A stretch of DNA of 64,000 nt, from the NCBI GenBank assembly GCA_963977015.1, contig CAXBMO010000001.1, positions 288,001 to 352,000 of the forward strand. Reading direction: 5' to 3'. Numbering within the stretch: position 1 is the stretch's first letter; each line of letters starts with the position of its first letter. The stretch is from an uncultured bacterium (lineage in GTDB: Bacteria > Verrucomicrobiota > Verrucomicrobiia > Verrucomicrobiales > DEV007). A program made the position numbers and the translations under genes. Below, one piece after another: positions 11,796 to 22,327 of this stretch. The notes beneath the pieces are model-generated. The model ran no database searches, was not told the DNA's origin, and saw only the letters and a program-made list of their open reading frames with translations.

Positions 11796-12203
11796 ATGCC
11801 CATTCACCTCGAAATTGTTACTCCTGAAGGCAAAAACTTCTCTGACGAAGTGGAGATTGTCGTGGCTCCGGGAGTCGAGGGTGAACTTGGAGTTCTCGCA
11901 AGTCACGCCCCGCTCGTTACCACGCTTTTACCGGGTGAGCTTCGTTATACCTACAAAGGCGAAGAACACTTTTTGGCGGTCGGTTCCGGAATTCTGGAAG
12001 TCACCGCAAAGAGCGTTGCCGTGCTGACGGACCTGGCGATTCGGGACGAAGAGATTGACGAGGCCGCCGTTGAAGCTGCTCTGGAGAGTGCCAAATTGGC
12101 TCTCGAAGAGAAGCAGGACGTCGAAGAACTGGCTGCTGTGCAGTTGGCGATTCAGAAGTCAATGGCTCAGCTTCATGTGAAGCGCCGTCGCAAGCACGTG
12201 TAA
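11796..12203 (+). CDS. atpC: F0F1 ATP synthase subunit epsilon
   Basis: 'LEIVTPE' and 'GELGVLASHAPL'; last gene of the operon. Confidence 0.96.
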   Translation: MPIHLEIVTPEGKNFSDEVEIVVAPGVEGELGVLASHAPLVTTLLPGELRYTYKGEEHFLAVGSGILEVTAKSVAVLTDLAIRDEEIDEAAVEAALESAKLALEEKQDVEELAAVQLAIQKSMAQLHVKRRRKHV

Positions 12204-12218
12204 TTCTGGATCTAATTT

Positions 12219-13553
12219 TCAGTAGAGCAGGTAAGGCTTCCGTTCTTCACGGAAGTGATCGTTGAACGGCTTCCAACCTTGGATGATTTCCTGGGGCGTC
12301 GCTCCTTCGGTCATCTGGCTTTTCAGGTCCGTGGAGCCATAGACCTTGTAGAAGGTTTTCCACGGATTTGCGTCCGCTGAGGCAAAGAGTTTTTCGACGG
12401 GCAATCCCAATTCGTGAATGAGAAGCACGTTCAAGGCCGGAAGGTCTGTGTTCGTCGAAGGGGTGATCTTGATTTTTGCGCCGCTGAACTCGGGCAATTT
12501 GGGATTGGTGTAGGTCTGAAAGGAGACTCCCGGGGTGTTGGCGCGTTGCAGGGCCTTCACGAACCGCGTCGCGTCAATGTTTCGCCCGCCCGCATACTCA
12601 AACGGGCCGGTCGTTCCAATTCCGATGTCGCCAATTTTGAGTTCTCCAAAAATCCCGGTCGCAACATAGTAGAAGGGAGAGCGGGAATTGGGAATGTTCG
12701 GGGACGAAGCGATCCAGCGAAGTCCGGTTTGATCCCAGACCATCGAGCGCTTCCAACCCAGCATGGGGACGACACGGAGGTCGCATTTCGCGCCGATCCA
12801 ACCCTTTTCGTTGGTCATCCTGGCGAGTTCCCCCGCCGTCATACCGTGAACGTAGGAAATGGGGATTTGGCCGACAAACGAGCGCCATTTCTCTTCCATG
12901 GGAGGACCTTGAACCCGGTGCCCGCCCAAGGGATTGGGGCGGTCGAGAACGACGAACGTTTTCCCCAACTCGCCGCAAGCTTCCATCGCAAGAACCATCG
13001 TGCTGATGTACGTGTAAGACCGGGCTCCAATGTCTTGAAGGTCAAAAATCAGGACATCGATATTGGCGAGTTGCTGTGCGGTGGGTTTCCGCGTGGGGCC
13101 GTAGAGGGAATGGGCGGTCAGCCCGGTGATGGGATCGGTTCGGGTGGCAATGTGTTCGCCAGCTTTCTCAGTTCCCTCAAGTCCATGTTCAGGGGTGAAC
13201 AGCGCGACGAGATTCACCTTGGGCGAGCGATGAAGAATGAGTCGCGTTTTCTGAGCTGCTCGATTGACGCTGGTCTGGTTGGTGATCAAGCCGACCCGCT
13301 TCCCCTCCAGTTCGGGAAAATCCATTTCCTCAAGCATATCGATGCCAAGCTTGACCGGACCTTTGTAATTCTTTGGGTAAGCCTTCCTGGCTTCGGGTGG
13401 GGCATTGGTCGCCTCATCGGAGCAGCTTCCCAGAAACAGGGATGCGGAGAACAACCCGGCCAGAATCACGGAGGAAACCTGACGAAATCCCCAAAACTCT
13501 TTGATGCGTTGCCAACGAAGCAAGGTTTTTAAGCGGTCTGATAAACGTTCCAT
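12219..13553 (-). CDS. DUF1343 / NamZ-family exo-beta-N-acetylmuramidase, probably a lipoprotein (true start may be downstream)
   Basis: 'GKRVGLITNQT', 'LFTPEHG', 'FDLQDIGARSYTY', 'VLDRPNPLGG', 'HGMTAGELA' and 'SPNIP'; lipobox-like 'FLGSC'. Confidence 0.88.
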   Translation of the reverse strand: MERLSDRLKTLLRWQRIKEFWGFRQVSSVILAGLFSASLFLGSCSDEATNAPPEARKAYPKNYKGPVKLGIDMLEEMDFPELEGKRVGLITNQTSVNRAAQKTRLILHRSPKVNLVALFTPEHGLEGTEKAGEHIATRTDPITGLTAHSLYGPTRKPTAQQLANIDVLIFDLQDIGARSYTYISTMVLAMEACGELGKTFVVLDRPNPLGGHRVQGPPMEEKWRSFVGQIPISYVHGMTAGELARMTNEKGWIGAKCDLRVVPMLGWKRSMVWDQTGLRWIASSPNIPNSRSPFYYVATGIFGELKIGDIGIGTTGPFEYAGGRNIDATRFVKALQRANTPGVSFQTYTNPKLPEFSGAKIKITPSTNTDLPALNVLLIHELGLPVEKLFASADANPWKTFYKVYGSTDLKSQMTEGATPQEIIQGWKPFNDHFREERKPYLLY

Positions 13554-13597
13554 GTTGCGAGGGGGAGGAATAGGGGGAAGGTCAGAATGCAGAATCT

Positions 13598-14704
13598 ATG
13601 GACGAAAAAAATCTAGGCCAGTTTCTCCTGACAGGTGTTCCTGAACCGGAGTTGGACAGCGAAACCGCCGCGCGCTTCAAGCGCATTCAGCCCGGAGGAT
13701 TTATCTTGTTTGGGCGGAATATCAAGTCACCTGAACAGTTGCGCAAGTTGATCGACGATCTTCGTGACCTCAGTGACATTGAGCCAATCATCACCATTGA
13801 TCAGGAGGGCGGACGAGTTTCGCGGTTAAGGCTGATTGGTCAGGAACCTCCAAATGCCCAGAGTCTCCGCGAGAAGGGGGATCATGCGTTGATTCGAAAG
13901 CATGGCGAGCTCACTGGGAAGATTCTCCGGCTCTTTGGTTTCAACCTCGATCTTTGCCCGGTTCTCGATATTTCGTTTGAAGGTGATACCGACAACTCGC
14001 TGTTGGGCCGCACCTGGGGGCTTACTCCCAAAGAAACGATTGGAAACGCGAGTCTGTTCAATCTTGCGATGCGCAAGCAGGGGGTCTTGAGCTGTGGAAA
14101 ACACTTTCCGGGGTATTCCGCTGCCGAGGTTGATCCGCACCATGAATTGCCCGTCATCAACAAGACCATGGAGGAAATGGAAGCCCATGAACTCCTGCCG
14201 TTTCGCGCGCTTCTCAAAGACGTGGACAGCCTGATGGTGGCGCATTCACACTATCCCTGTTTCGACGCGGATCGTCCGCGGTGGCCGGCGTCACTTTCGC
14301 ACAATGTGATCCAGAAATTTCTGCGTGACCAACTGGGCTACGACAAGTTGGTGATGACCGATGATTTGGATATGGGGGCGATACTCAATGAAGTGAGTTT
14401 TGAGGACACGATTCGCTACTGCATGGAAGCGGGCAACGATCTGGCAATGATCTGCCATCGTATCGACATGGTCGAAGAAGCGCGGACCCATCTTGCGAAG
14501 CTACCGCATCCGTTGCTCGACGATGCGCTGCTCCGAATTGAAGCGACCAAGAAGAATCTGGTGAAACCGGACAAATGGTCGATCGAACGCTTTGAAGAGA
14601 TCAATGCTGAGATTTGGGATTTGCGCGTGGCGACGCTCGGCGAAGAACACGCCAAGATCTTGAGTGTGGAAGATGGGAAACGTTCTCCCGTCGAAGACTT
14701 CTAA
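13598..14704 (+). CDS. nagZ: GH3 beta-N-acetylhexosaminidase (NagZ-like)
   Basis: 'GGFILFGRN', 'DQEGGRVSR', 'KHFPGY...DPH' and 'TDDLDMGA'. Confidence 0.85.
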   Translation: MDEKNLGQFLLTGVPEPELDSETAARFKRIQPGGFILFGRNIKSPEQLRKLIDDLRDLSDIEPIITIDQEGGRVSRLRLIGQEPPNAQSLREKGDHALIRKHGELTGKILRLFGFNLDLCPVLDISFEGDTDNSLLGRTWGLTPKETIGNASLFNLAMRKQGVLSCGKHFPGYSAAEVDPHHELPVINKTMEEMEAHELLPFRALLKDVDSLMVAHSHYPCFDADRPRWPASLSHNVIQKFLRDQLGYDKLVMTDDLDMGAILNEVSFEDTIRYCMEAGNDLAMICHRIDMVEEARTHLAKLPHPLLDDALLRIEATKKNLVKPDKWSIERFEEINAEIWDLRVATLGEEHAKILSVEDGKRSPVEDF

Positions 14705-14945
14705 ACCGATCTCGCGACCGCGCTCCGTTGGTGGCCACGCGAGGGCATCAATATCAAGCCGGTGATGGGTGGGGTATTTTGCAGATGAAGCAGGATTCCA
14801 GCCTCGCCAAAACCAGCCCCGATTTTCCAGCGCAGCTTACCTGCGGTTTTTTCGTGCTTCCTTCGCAATACCTTGCTCTCTGGCACGGAAAGCGCTATGA
14901 ATCCTACCCTTCCGCGCGCGTCCAACATTCCGCCCTCCGTCGCCC

Positions 14946-15887
14946 ATGATAGAAGTCCAGGATCTCACCAAAATTTACAACGGCAAAGTCGCCGTTGACC
15001 AGATTTCGTTCGAAGTCGGAAAAGGTGAGATTGTGGGATTTCTGGGACCAAATGGTGCGGGTAAATCGACCACCATGCGGATTCTGACGGGATTTCTCTC
15101 TGCCACCGGAGGAAGTGCTTCGGTCGCGGGGTTTGACGTCTATCGGGAGTCTTTGGAGGCTCGAAGGCGGATTGGTTACATGCCGGAATCGGTCCCACTT
15201 TACGCGGATATGCGGGTGAAGGAATACCTGCACTTTCGAGCCCATTTGAAGGGAATGCGGGGGCACGCGATGCGGCGCCGGATCGGGGACGTCATGGACC
15301 TGTGCGGTCTGGTTGACGTTCGCCGGAAACTGATTGGCGCCTTGTCCAAAGGTTACCGGCAGCGAGTTGGATTGGCCGATGCGCTTTCCAACAAGCCGGA
15401 CCTCCTGATTCTGGATGAACCGACCAATGGATTGGATCCGAACCAGATTCGTCAGGTGCGTGGACTCATCAAGAATCTTGGCGAGAACCATACCATTTTG
15501 CTATCAACGCACATCTTGTCCGAAGTCGAGATGACTTGTGGCCGCGTCATCATCATTGATGGCGGAAAGATCAAGGCATCGGATTCGCCGGAAAATCTCG
15601 TTCATCGAATTGAGTCATCGGGAACCATTACTGTTGAGATGAAGGGACCTTCCAATCATCTCCAGAAGCGGCTGCGTGGTATCGAAGGCGTGAAGAACGT
15701 GACTGCCGTTTCGAAAGAAGATGACTGGATGACATTGGAACTACGCCTCAATGGCCGAAATGAAATTCGCGATCAGATTTATGAGTTATCCGTGGCCGAG
15801 AAGTGGCCGATTCGGCAATTGAGCAAGCGTTCGGCAAGTTTGGAAGATGTCTTTGTCGATTTAACCTCTACCACAAAGAGAGGCTGA
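14946..15887 (+). CDS. ABC transporter ATP-binding protein (GldA-like, ABC-2)
   Basis: 'GPNGAGKST', 'LSKGYRQRVGLA' and 'LILDEPT'. Confidence 0.92.
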   Translation: MIEVQDLTKIYNGKVAVDQISFEVGKGEIVGFLGPNGAGKSTTMRILTGFLSATGGSASVAGFDVYRESLEARRRIGYMPESVPLYADMRVKEYLHFRAHLKGMRGHAMRRRIGDVMDLCGLVDVRRKLIGALSKGYRQRVGLADALSNKPDLLILDEPTNGLDPNQIRQVRGLIKNLGENHTILLSTHILSEVEMTCGRVIIIDGGKIKASDSPENLVHRIESSGTITVEMKGPSNHLQKRLRGIEGVKNVTAVSKEDDWMTLELRLNGRNEIRDQIYELSVAEKWPIRQLSKRSASLEDVFVDLTSTTKRG

Positions 15888-15898
15888 TTTTCGGAGAC

Positions 15899-16657
15899 AT
15901 GATGCAGAATTTTCGAACGCTACTTCTCAAGGAACTCCGGAGCTTTTTTGTTTCGCCGTTAGCCTATGTCGTGCTGGCTCTGGTGATGGTCTTGAACGGC
16001 GTATCCTTCCTCTTCAGCGTTGAGCGAATGGAAGGCAAGGTCAGTCAGATGAGCCTTCTCCATCTGACCTTTGATTCATTGTGGTTCTGGATGGTTTTTG
16101 TTCTTCTCTTTCCCCTGATTACGATGCGCCTTTTCGCGGAAGAACGGAAGCTGGGGACTCTCGAAACCCTGATGACAGCACCGGTTCAATCCTGGACGGT
16201 GATTCTCGCCAAGTACACGGCGACGCTGATCTTTTACGTGATTCTTTGGACGCCCAGTGCTCTGAATCTGCTGCTGTTTGAATCCATCAGCGGATCGGCG
16301 GCCGCCTTTACCGCAGGTTCGTTCTGGGGAACCTACACCATGTTGTTCATGGTCGGCGGTTTCAATATTGCCCTTGGGATCTTTGCTTCGGCGTTGACGG
16401 CAAATCAGCTGATTGCAGGCGTGTTGGCATTCGCCTTCGTTACCCTCCATTTCTTCATTGGATTTGTGCAGGGTTTCGCTGGGAACATGCCGGCTGAAGT
16501 GCTGGACCGCGTGACTTATTTTTCGACGGTTGAACACCTGCGTTACTTTTCCAACGGATTGATCGATACGCGCCCGCTGATCTATTATGTGACCGGATCC
16601 GCCCTGTTCCTTACGTTCACCTATTATGTATTGGAATACCGTCGGTGGCGCCCCTGA
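15899..16657 (+). CDS. ABC-2 permease (GldF-like)
   Basis: 'KELRSFFVSPLAYV' and 'PLITMRLFAEERKLGTLETLMTAP'; about 6 TM; GGAGA RBS before the ATG at 15899. Confidence 0.88.
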   Translation: MMQNFRTLLLKELRSFFVSPLAYVVLALVMVLNGVSFLFSVERMEGKVSQMSLLHLTFDSLWFWMVFVLLFPLITMRLFAEERKLGTLETLMTAPVQSWTVILAKYTATLIFYVILWTPSALNLLLFESISGSAAAFTAGSFWGTYTMLFMVGGFNIALGIFASALTANQLIAGVLAFAFVTLHFFIGFVQGFAGNMPAEVLDRVTYFSTVEHLRYFSNGLIDTRPLIYYVTGSALFLTFTYYVLEYRRWRP

Positions 16658-16660
16658 ACC

Positions 16661-18139
16661 ATGAGCCAAGATTCAGAACATAGCCAGAAACGGCAGCAAT
16701 CGATCGATCGAAGACGGGTTATTCTCCACGTTGGTTTGCAGATTTTTGCACTCATGACGATTTTCGTGCTCGTCAACTACATGAGTTGCCGGCACTACTC
16801 GCGGTGGGATTTGACGCAAAACAGTCGGTTCACCTTGTCACCGACAACCGAAACGTTCCTGAAGAGCCTCTCGTCGGATATTGATCTGACCGTGGCGTTC
16901 ATGGCGGGGTCTCCCGTTTACGACGATCTCAAGACGCTCGTGGATCAATATAAACAGAGCAGTCGAAAAAAGATCGATGTGGAATGGATCGATCCTGCGC
17001 GGGCTCCTGATCGTGCGACGGATTTGCAGGCAAAGTATGGGTTAAACCTTTCGCGAAATGCGGTCATTGTTGCGCAGGGTGATCGGGTAAAGGTGATTCC
17101 GGAATCCCGAATGGTGATCCGCGATGGATCGGGCCTGGTCGATAAGTTTGCGGGCGAATTCGCGATCACAGCCGCGTTGATCGAGGTCGTCGAAGGTAAA
17201 CGGCGCCAAATCTATATTCCGACCGGATATCAGCGCGCCGAGTATCTCCAGGAAGTGATGCAGGAACTGCAGGTGCTTGCCGCCCGCCAGAATGCACAGG
17301 TCCAATTTTTGGAGTTGAGCGGCGGCGGAAAAATTCCTGAGGACGCGGATGCGTTGATTTTGGCGGCACCCCAGTTTGATCCACCGAGCGCTGAGATGAA
17401 GGAAATTCTGGATTATTGGAAGGGGGCCAGAGGTGCGTTGTTTGTGGCGTTGGATCCGGACGCCGATACGCCGCTTCTCCAATCCTTCGTCCGCATGCAT
17501 GGGGTTGTTCCCCGCGACGACCGGGTGGTGTTTGCGTCCCAGGTTCCCGGGCAGGCGCTCCAGAAGCTTTACTCCGTGCCGACGACGTTGCGAGTCGGGT
17601 CGCCGATTTCCTCCGAACGGGGATTGGGAGGCCTGACCATGACCTTGGGCGGGCGAAGTCAATCGTTGGAGCTTCATGAAAATGAGGACTTTGTTAAGGA
17701 CGAGAATATCCACTTGTCGCCGGTGTTGGTGGCTGATCCTCGGTTCTGGGGCGAGACCGACTATGAAGCGGAGGATATTCAGCGAGATCGTGATCTGGAC
17801 ACGCACGCGCCGATATTTTTGGCGGCAACCGTTGAACGTGGTGCGGTGGATGATCCCAATTTGAGGGTGGAAACCCAGCGGATGGTCATTGTCAGTAACC
17901 CAACGATTTTGTCCGGCGGACTGCAGCGCCAGAAAGTACAGTCCGACTTTGTGATGGCGAGCCTCAATTGGTTGCTTGATCGAACGGAGTTGATTGGCGT
18001 GAGCGCGAAGGAGCCAACCCGTTACGCGATCCAACTCACACGTTCCCAGTCAACTTGGTTGCAGCGTTGCGTGCTCTGGATATTTCCGAGCTTGGTTGGA
18101 GCGGTAGGCGTCATCGTCTGGTTCCAGCGCCGTTCTTAA
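16661..18139 (+). CDS. GldG-like ABC auxiliary component (GIFT-type periplasmic domain, two TM anchors)
   Basis: N-terminal TM, then 'RWDLTQNSRFTLSPTT'; 'NWLL' near the end and a C-terminal TM ending 'WFQRRS'. Confidence 0.85.
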   Translation: MSQDSEHSQKRQQSIDRRRVILHVGLQIFALMTIFVLVNYMSCRHYSRWDLTQNSRFTLSPTTETFLKSLSSDIDLTVAFMAGSPVYDDLKTLVDQYKQSSRKKIDVEWIDPARAPDRATDLQAKYGLNLSRNAVIVAQGDRVKVIPESRMVIRDGSGLVDKFAGEFAITAALIEVVEGKRRQIYIPTGYQRAEYLQEVMQELQVLAARQNAQVQFLELSGGGKIPEDADALILAAPQFDPPSAEMKEILDYWKGARGALFVALDPDADTPLLQSFVRMHGVVPRDDRVVFASQVPGQALQKLYSVPTTLRVGSPISSERGLGGLTMTLGGRSQSLELHENEDFVKDENIHLSPVLVADPRFWGETDYEAEDIQRDRDLDTHAPIFLAATVERGAVDDPNLRVETQRMVIVSNPTILSGGLQRQKVQSDFVMASLNWLLDRTELIGVSAKEPTRYAIQLTRSQSTWLQRCVLWIFPSLVGAVGVIVWFQRRS

Positions 18140-18148
18140 TGCAGATCC

Positions 18149-20104
18149 ATGATAAAATCTTCGACTACGATTACGCTTGTTTCGATAGCCGCCGTGCTAG
18201 CGATCTTCGTACTCGGCTTTGAGCGGAGAATCGAATCCTCCCGGCAGGCGAAGGTTTCGTCACGAATTTTGGCGACGGTTCCCGTCGAGGAACTCAAGCG
18301 CATCAAGGTGACGAACCAAATGGGAGAGATTTCCATCGATCGCAAGGACGGCGGATGGAAGTTGATGAAGCCGATTGGTGATTACGCCGATCCTGGGTTG
18401 GTTGCCAAGCTGGCTGATAAACTGGCGCACCTCACCATTCGGGAGACGATCGACCGAGATGAAATCGGTGGAGATAAGATCCGCCTCAGCCGATTTGGAT
18501 TGTCCAAGTCAGCTTTCATTGAGGTGAAAATGGAGTTCGAGGGAAAACGCGAACCCGTAACCTTTCATTTTGGAGCGAACGGGCCTCTGCTTGGGACGAT
18601 TTACGCAAAGATACCAGATTCCTCCAATCGAAAGGATGTCTACGTTGTCGATGGTGACTTTCGATCATGGATTACCGATCCTGGAGACGCGCTTCGCGAT
18701 CGAAGATTGTTTCGGGAAGATCCCGGAAAGATTGAAGCTTATGTTCTGACGACAGAGAAAGGGGAAATGGCCTTGAAAAGAGAACCCGATGCGCCGCGTT
18801 GGTATGTGGAGCGGCCCATCAAGGCAAGAGCCAATGATGATATAGCGTACTCGATTCTCAATGAGCTTTCGCAACTGCAGGTTGATGAGTTTTTGGACGA
18901 ACAAGTGGGCTCGGCCTCCGGTGTCGGAAGTGGAGGGGATCCGGATACCGCCGTGTTCAAACTGAAACCTCAGGGCGGAAAGCCGTTCACCGTAAGATTG
19001 CGCGAACTGGGGAGCGAAGGGGAGCAGCGAACGATGCTGGCAGAGGTGGATGGACGGGATGCCGTATTTCGGATCAACAATAATCTGGTGTCGCGGTTGC
19101 CGAAGAACACCAGCCAGATTCGCTATCCTTACCTCGCCGATCTCGATCCCACAACCCTTGCCCGGATTCAGATTGAGAGCCCATTGGATTCGGTCGATAT
19201 CCGTCGCCTGAAAGATGGCGGGAAAGAGTGGCATTTGATCAAGGGCGGAGTGAGTCAGCGAGCCAACCAAGACAAAATTGAGCAACTTCTGACGGCGCTG
19301 AACACAGAGACCATTGTCGAATACCGGTCGGATACGGTTCCAAATTTGGAGGAATATGGTTTGGACCGTCCCTTTCTGCAGATTGCGTTCACATCCTCAA
19401 CGGTCGATGGGGATGCGTTGGATCGTTACCGTAATGAACTGGCCAAAGCTGAGCAGACTGGGAAGTCGAAGGAAGAGATTGAAAGACCCAAGGTGGAAAT
19501 CAAAACGCGGACCATCCGGTTCGGGAGGAAAGGCGACATTCTATTGAACGCAAAGTTTGATGACGAACCGTACGTTTACGCAATCGATCCCGCCTTTCTC
19601 TCGATTTATGTGCCGACCCATCCCATCGCCTGGCGCGGCCTGGAATTGTTGGGGTTCGAACTGCTTTCGCTGCAAGCCATTGAAATGGCAGAGGCCGGCA
19701 ATCCTGAGTTGAAGCTCTTTTTTAATTACATGCACGGGAAATGGTCAGGACTCCTCGGCGACCAGAGAGTTGACGACCTTATTGATCGGCGGCTGGCGGA
19801 AAGGTTGGCGATTCATTTGAGCCAGCTCAAAGGGCGTCAGTGGTTGAGCGGGAGTCGGCAGGACGCGTATCGGGCGCTCCGAAACCCCTCGTTGCAGCTT
19901 CGTATCAAGCTTCAGAAACCGAGCATCGGAACGCAGAAGCCGAATCCGGTGGGGGTTGCATCACTCGCGTTTGCTCCCGCCACCATTTCGGGAGATCGCG
20001 TCACGAACTATTTTGGACAGTTTGAGGGGTATCCCGATGTCTTTGTGCTTTCCGGGGAGGACTATGACAAGATCGTGGTACCCGTATTCAAACGGTCAGA
20101 GTGA
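18149..20104 (+). CDS. DUF4340-domain membrane-anchored periplasmic protein
   Basis: N-terminal TM; repeated 'W...P....A' units, 'LRDRRLF' and 'YGLDRP'; usual fourth gene of GldAFG-like operons. Confidence 0.72.
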   Translation: MIKSSTTITLVSIAAVLAIFVLGFERRIESSRQAKVSSRILATVPVEELKRIKVTNQMGEISIDRKDGGWKLMKPIGDYADPGLVAKLADKLAHLTIRETIDRDEIGGDKIRLSRFGLSKSAFIEVKMEFEGKREPVTFHFGANGPLLGTIYAKIPDSSNRKDVYVVDGDFRSWITDPGDALRDRRLFREDPGKIEAYVLTTEKGEMALKREPDAPRWYVERPIKARANDDIAYSILNELSQLQVDEFLDEQVGSASGVGSGGDPDTAVFKLKPQGGKPFTVRLRELGSEGEQRTMLAEVDGRDAVFRINNNLVSRLPKNTSQIRYPYLADLDPTTLARIQIESPLDSVDIRRLKDGGKEWHLIKGGVSQRANQDKIEQLLTALNTETIVEYRSDTVPNLEEYGLDRPFLQIAFTSSTVDGDALDRYRNELAKAEQTGKSKEEIERPKVEIKTRTIRFGRKGDILLNAKFDDEPYVYAIDPAFLSIYVPTHPIAWRGLELLGFELLSLQAIEMAEAGNPELKLFFNYMHGKWSGLLGDQRVDDLIDRRLAERLAIHLSQLKGRQWLSGSRQDAYRALRNPSLQLRIKLQKPSIGTQKPNPVGVASLAFAPATISGDRVTNYFGQFEGYPDVFVLSGEDYDKIVVPVFKRSE

Positions 20105-22294
20105 GGCGGGCATTGGTTGGAGAAGGCGGATTTCATCCTGGCCTTCGGTGATTTCGAGACGCATCCCCGCTTTCAGGTTTTCAAACCTTTGGGTAAGGCC
20201 AGTTGCAGGCCAGAAGACTTCGAGGACGTCAATTTGCTGCGCCTTTCCAATTCCGATATGCTGGCGGAATGGATTTCCGCCAAAGCTTCCTCCGCTGTTT
20301 ACAAAACGGTAAATGGATCTGGAGTTGCCTTCTTCCGTGATGACGGCGTGGAGCCGACTTCCAATGGCATTCCGATTGGAAGTCTGACCAACGAGTTTGA
20401 TCTCAACCCATTGATTTTCGAATCCCGGGTTCTCGAAAATTACATCGCGATAGGCATCCACGGGATAGGCGCCACCAAGCTGTTCAAAGACGTCTTGATC
20501 GCCATCACCATCCAAATCCGCAAAGGAGACCGCGTGCCCCTTTTGCAGGTGCCCGAGCCCGGAAGCCATCGTGACATCTTCGAACCGTTTCCCTTCCCAA
20601 TTCCGATAAAGGAGGTTGGGAAGGATGACCGTCAGCTTGGGTTCTCCGGTTCCGATATAGAAATCGAGAAAGCCGTCGTTATCCAAATCTCCAAAGTTTG
20701 CCCCCATGCCAAGGATGGGAACTTCGGGGCCGGTTTCTCGTGTAACGTTCTTAAAGCGGGCACTCCCGTTGCCTTGGTAAACTGCTGACAATTCCGAGTC
20801 TGTTTCTTTCCCTAACGCAATTCGCGCAGCGTCTTCCACGGTTCCGGAAAAGGACGAGATGAAGATATCCAGATGGCCATCGTTGTTGAAGTCCCAGGTC
20901 CACAGCGGAAAACTGGAAATGGGTTCCTCGATCCCTGCTTGCTTTGAGATATCTGTGAACGTTCCATTTCCGAGATTGCGGTAGAGCTGGTTCTTCTGTT
21001 TCAGGTTGGAGATGATGAGGTCTGGCCAGGTATCGCCATCGACATCGCCCCAGACGACTCCCTTGGTCATCCCACCATTGAGAACTCCGGCGCTCCTTGC
21101 GACATCCTGGAACTGACCGTTTCCATCGTTCCTGAAGAGCTGATCTGGAGCTCGGACATTGGGGGTTGATTCGTTTCCAATATAGAGATCGAGGTCGCCG
21201 TCCTTATCGTAGTCGGCCCAGGCTGCCGTTTGAGTGGGGTAGTGGGCTCCACCCATTCCGCTGCTGAAGGTGACATCCCGAAACACTCCATTTCCGTCAT
21301 TCTGGAGCAGAGAGTTGGGGTGCTGGCCAAGCGCATCCCACCAAGCCCCGCGAAGCACAAAGAGGTCGTAGTCACCGTCGTTGTCGTAATCCGCGTGAAT
21401 CAGATTCAAGCCTCCGAGGATTCCAGTTAGTCCAGCCTCGCGTTCAACGAATTTTCCGGGACCCCGGTTCTCGAAAAAGCGAAGGGGCTCGGAAAGCTCA
21501 AAACTGGAGGTAATGATATCGAAATCATCATCGCCATCAAAATCGTCGATCACGACACCGCCGGCGAGATTGTCGTTATTGATTCCCCATTTTCTGGAGA
21601 CGTTGGCGAACCGGGGAAACGGTGTTGTCGGTTGAAATTGATCAGCAGGAAAGCGGAGATGTTTGGGGACTCCGTGAGGAAAGGTTCCCAACGTCATGTG
21701 GGCCAGGTTCAAGAACCATTGGCTGCGGAGCCGAAAGTCCGGATCATCACCGCGGAGTTGGATCGACTCTTCCAGGAACCGACTGGCCTGCTCAGATCCC
21801 CGGCGTTGGGTATGAATGGCTTCGCCCGCGAGCGGTAGAATGCAGCTTTCCGGTGCATTCCGCGCACAACAGTTTTCGGTTTCTCCCAACCGAAGATTGG
21901 CCATCCCAAGATGATAAGCGATCAACCCTTTCAGGCGGTCGTTGCCGGGCGTTTGATCGAGAAAGGCCTTGATCTCCGTGAACTGATCAATGCCTTCGTG
22001 AATCTTCCCGTGATTCAAGAAGGCGAGCCCAAGAGCGAATGCAGCATTCACATAGGCCTGAGGCAGCTTCTCTTGGTCGATATTGCTGAGATGCGATTCA
22101 AGTTGCTCAATCCGGGCCGTCCCAAAGAAGGGGTTGCTTTGCGAGGACGTATCCCGAATTGCTGCCAGAATGGCTTCCATTTTTTCATGGGAATCCAGCG
22201 CTTCCTGACCCGCCGCGTTGACGGCAACAACCAGGCAGATGATGGAATTGAGTAGGCGAGGGGAAGAGAACATGGAAGCGATGGCGAGGCGCAT
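20096..22294 (-). CDS. Secreted FG-GAP repeat / ASPIC-UnbV (CRTAC1-family) protein
   Basis: Multiple 'DxDxDGDxD' repeats; C-terminal 'SNRNAIGSR', 'GGSFG...HIGIG' and 'VFWP'. Confidence 0.9.
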   Translation of the reverse strand: MRLAIASMFSSPRLLNSIICLVVAVNAAGQEALDSHEKMEAILAAIRDTSSQSNPFFGTARIEQLESHLSNIDQEKLPQAYVNAAFALGLAFLNHGKIHEGIDQFTEIKAFLDQTPGNDRLKGLIAYHLGMANLRLGETENCCARNAPESCILPLAGEAIHTQRRGSEQASRFLEESIQLRGDDPDFRLRSQWFLNLAHMTLGTFPHGVPKHLRFPADQFQPTTPFPRFANVSRKWGINNDNLAGGVVIDDFDGDDDFDIITSSFELSEPLRFFENRGPGKFVEREAGLTGILGGLNLIHADYDNDGDYDLFVLRGAWWDALGQHPNSLLQNDGNGVFRDVTFSSGMGGAHYPTQTAAWADYDKDGDLDLYIGNESTPNVRAPDQLFRNDGNGQFQDVARSAGVLNGGMTKGVVWGDVDGDTWPDLIISNLKQKNQLYRNLGNGTFTDISKQAGIEEPISSFPLWTWDFNNDGHLDIFISSFSGTVEDAARIALGKETDSELSAVYQGNGSARFKNVTRETGPEVPILGMGANFGDLDNDGFLDFYIGTGEPKLTVILPNLLYRNWEGKRFEDVTMASGLGHLQKGHAVSFADLDGDGDQDVFEQLGGAYPVDAYRDVIFENPGFENQWVEIKLVGQTSNRNAIGSRLHAVITEEGNSRSIYRFVNSGGSFGGNPFRQHIGIGKAQQIDVLEVFWPATGLTQRFENLKAGMRLEITEGQDEIRLLQPMPASL

Positions 22295-22327
22295 GAATTC
22301 ACGCCACAGGATCAGGCGAAGGTGAAT

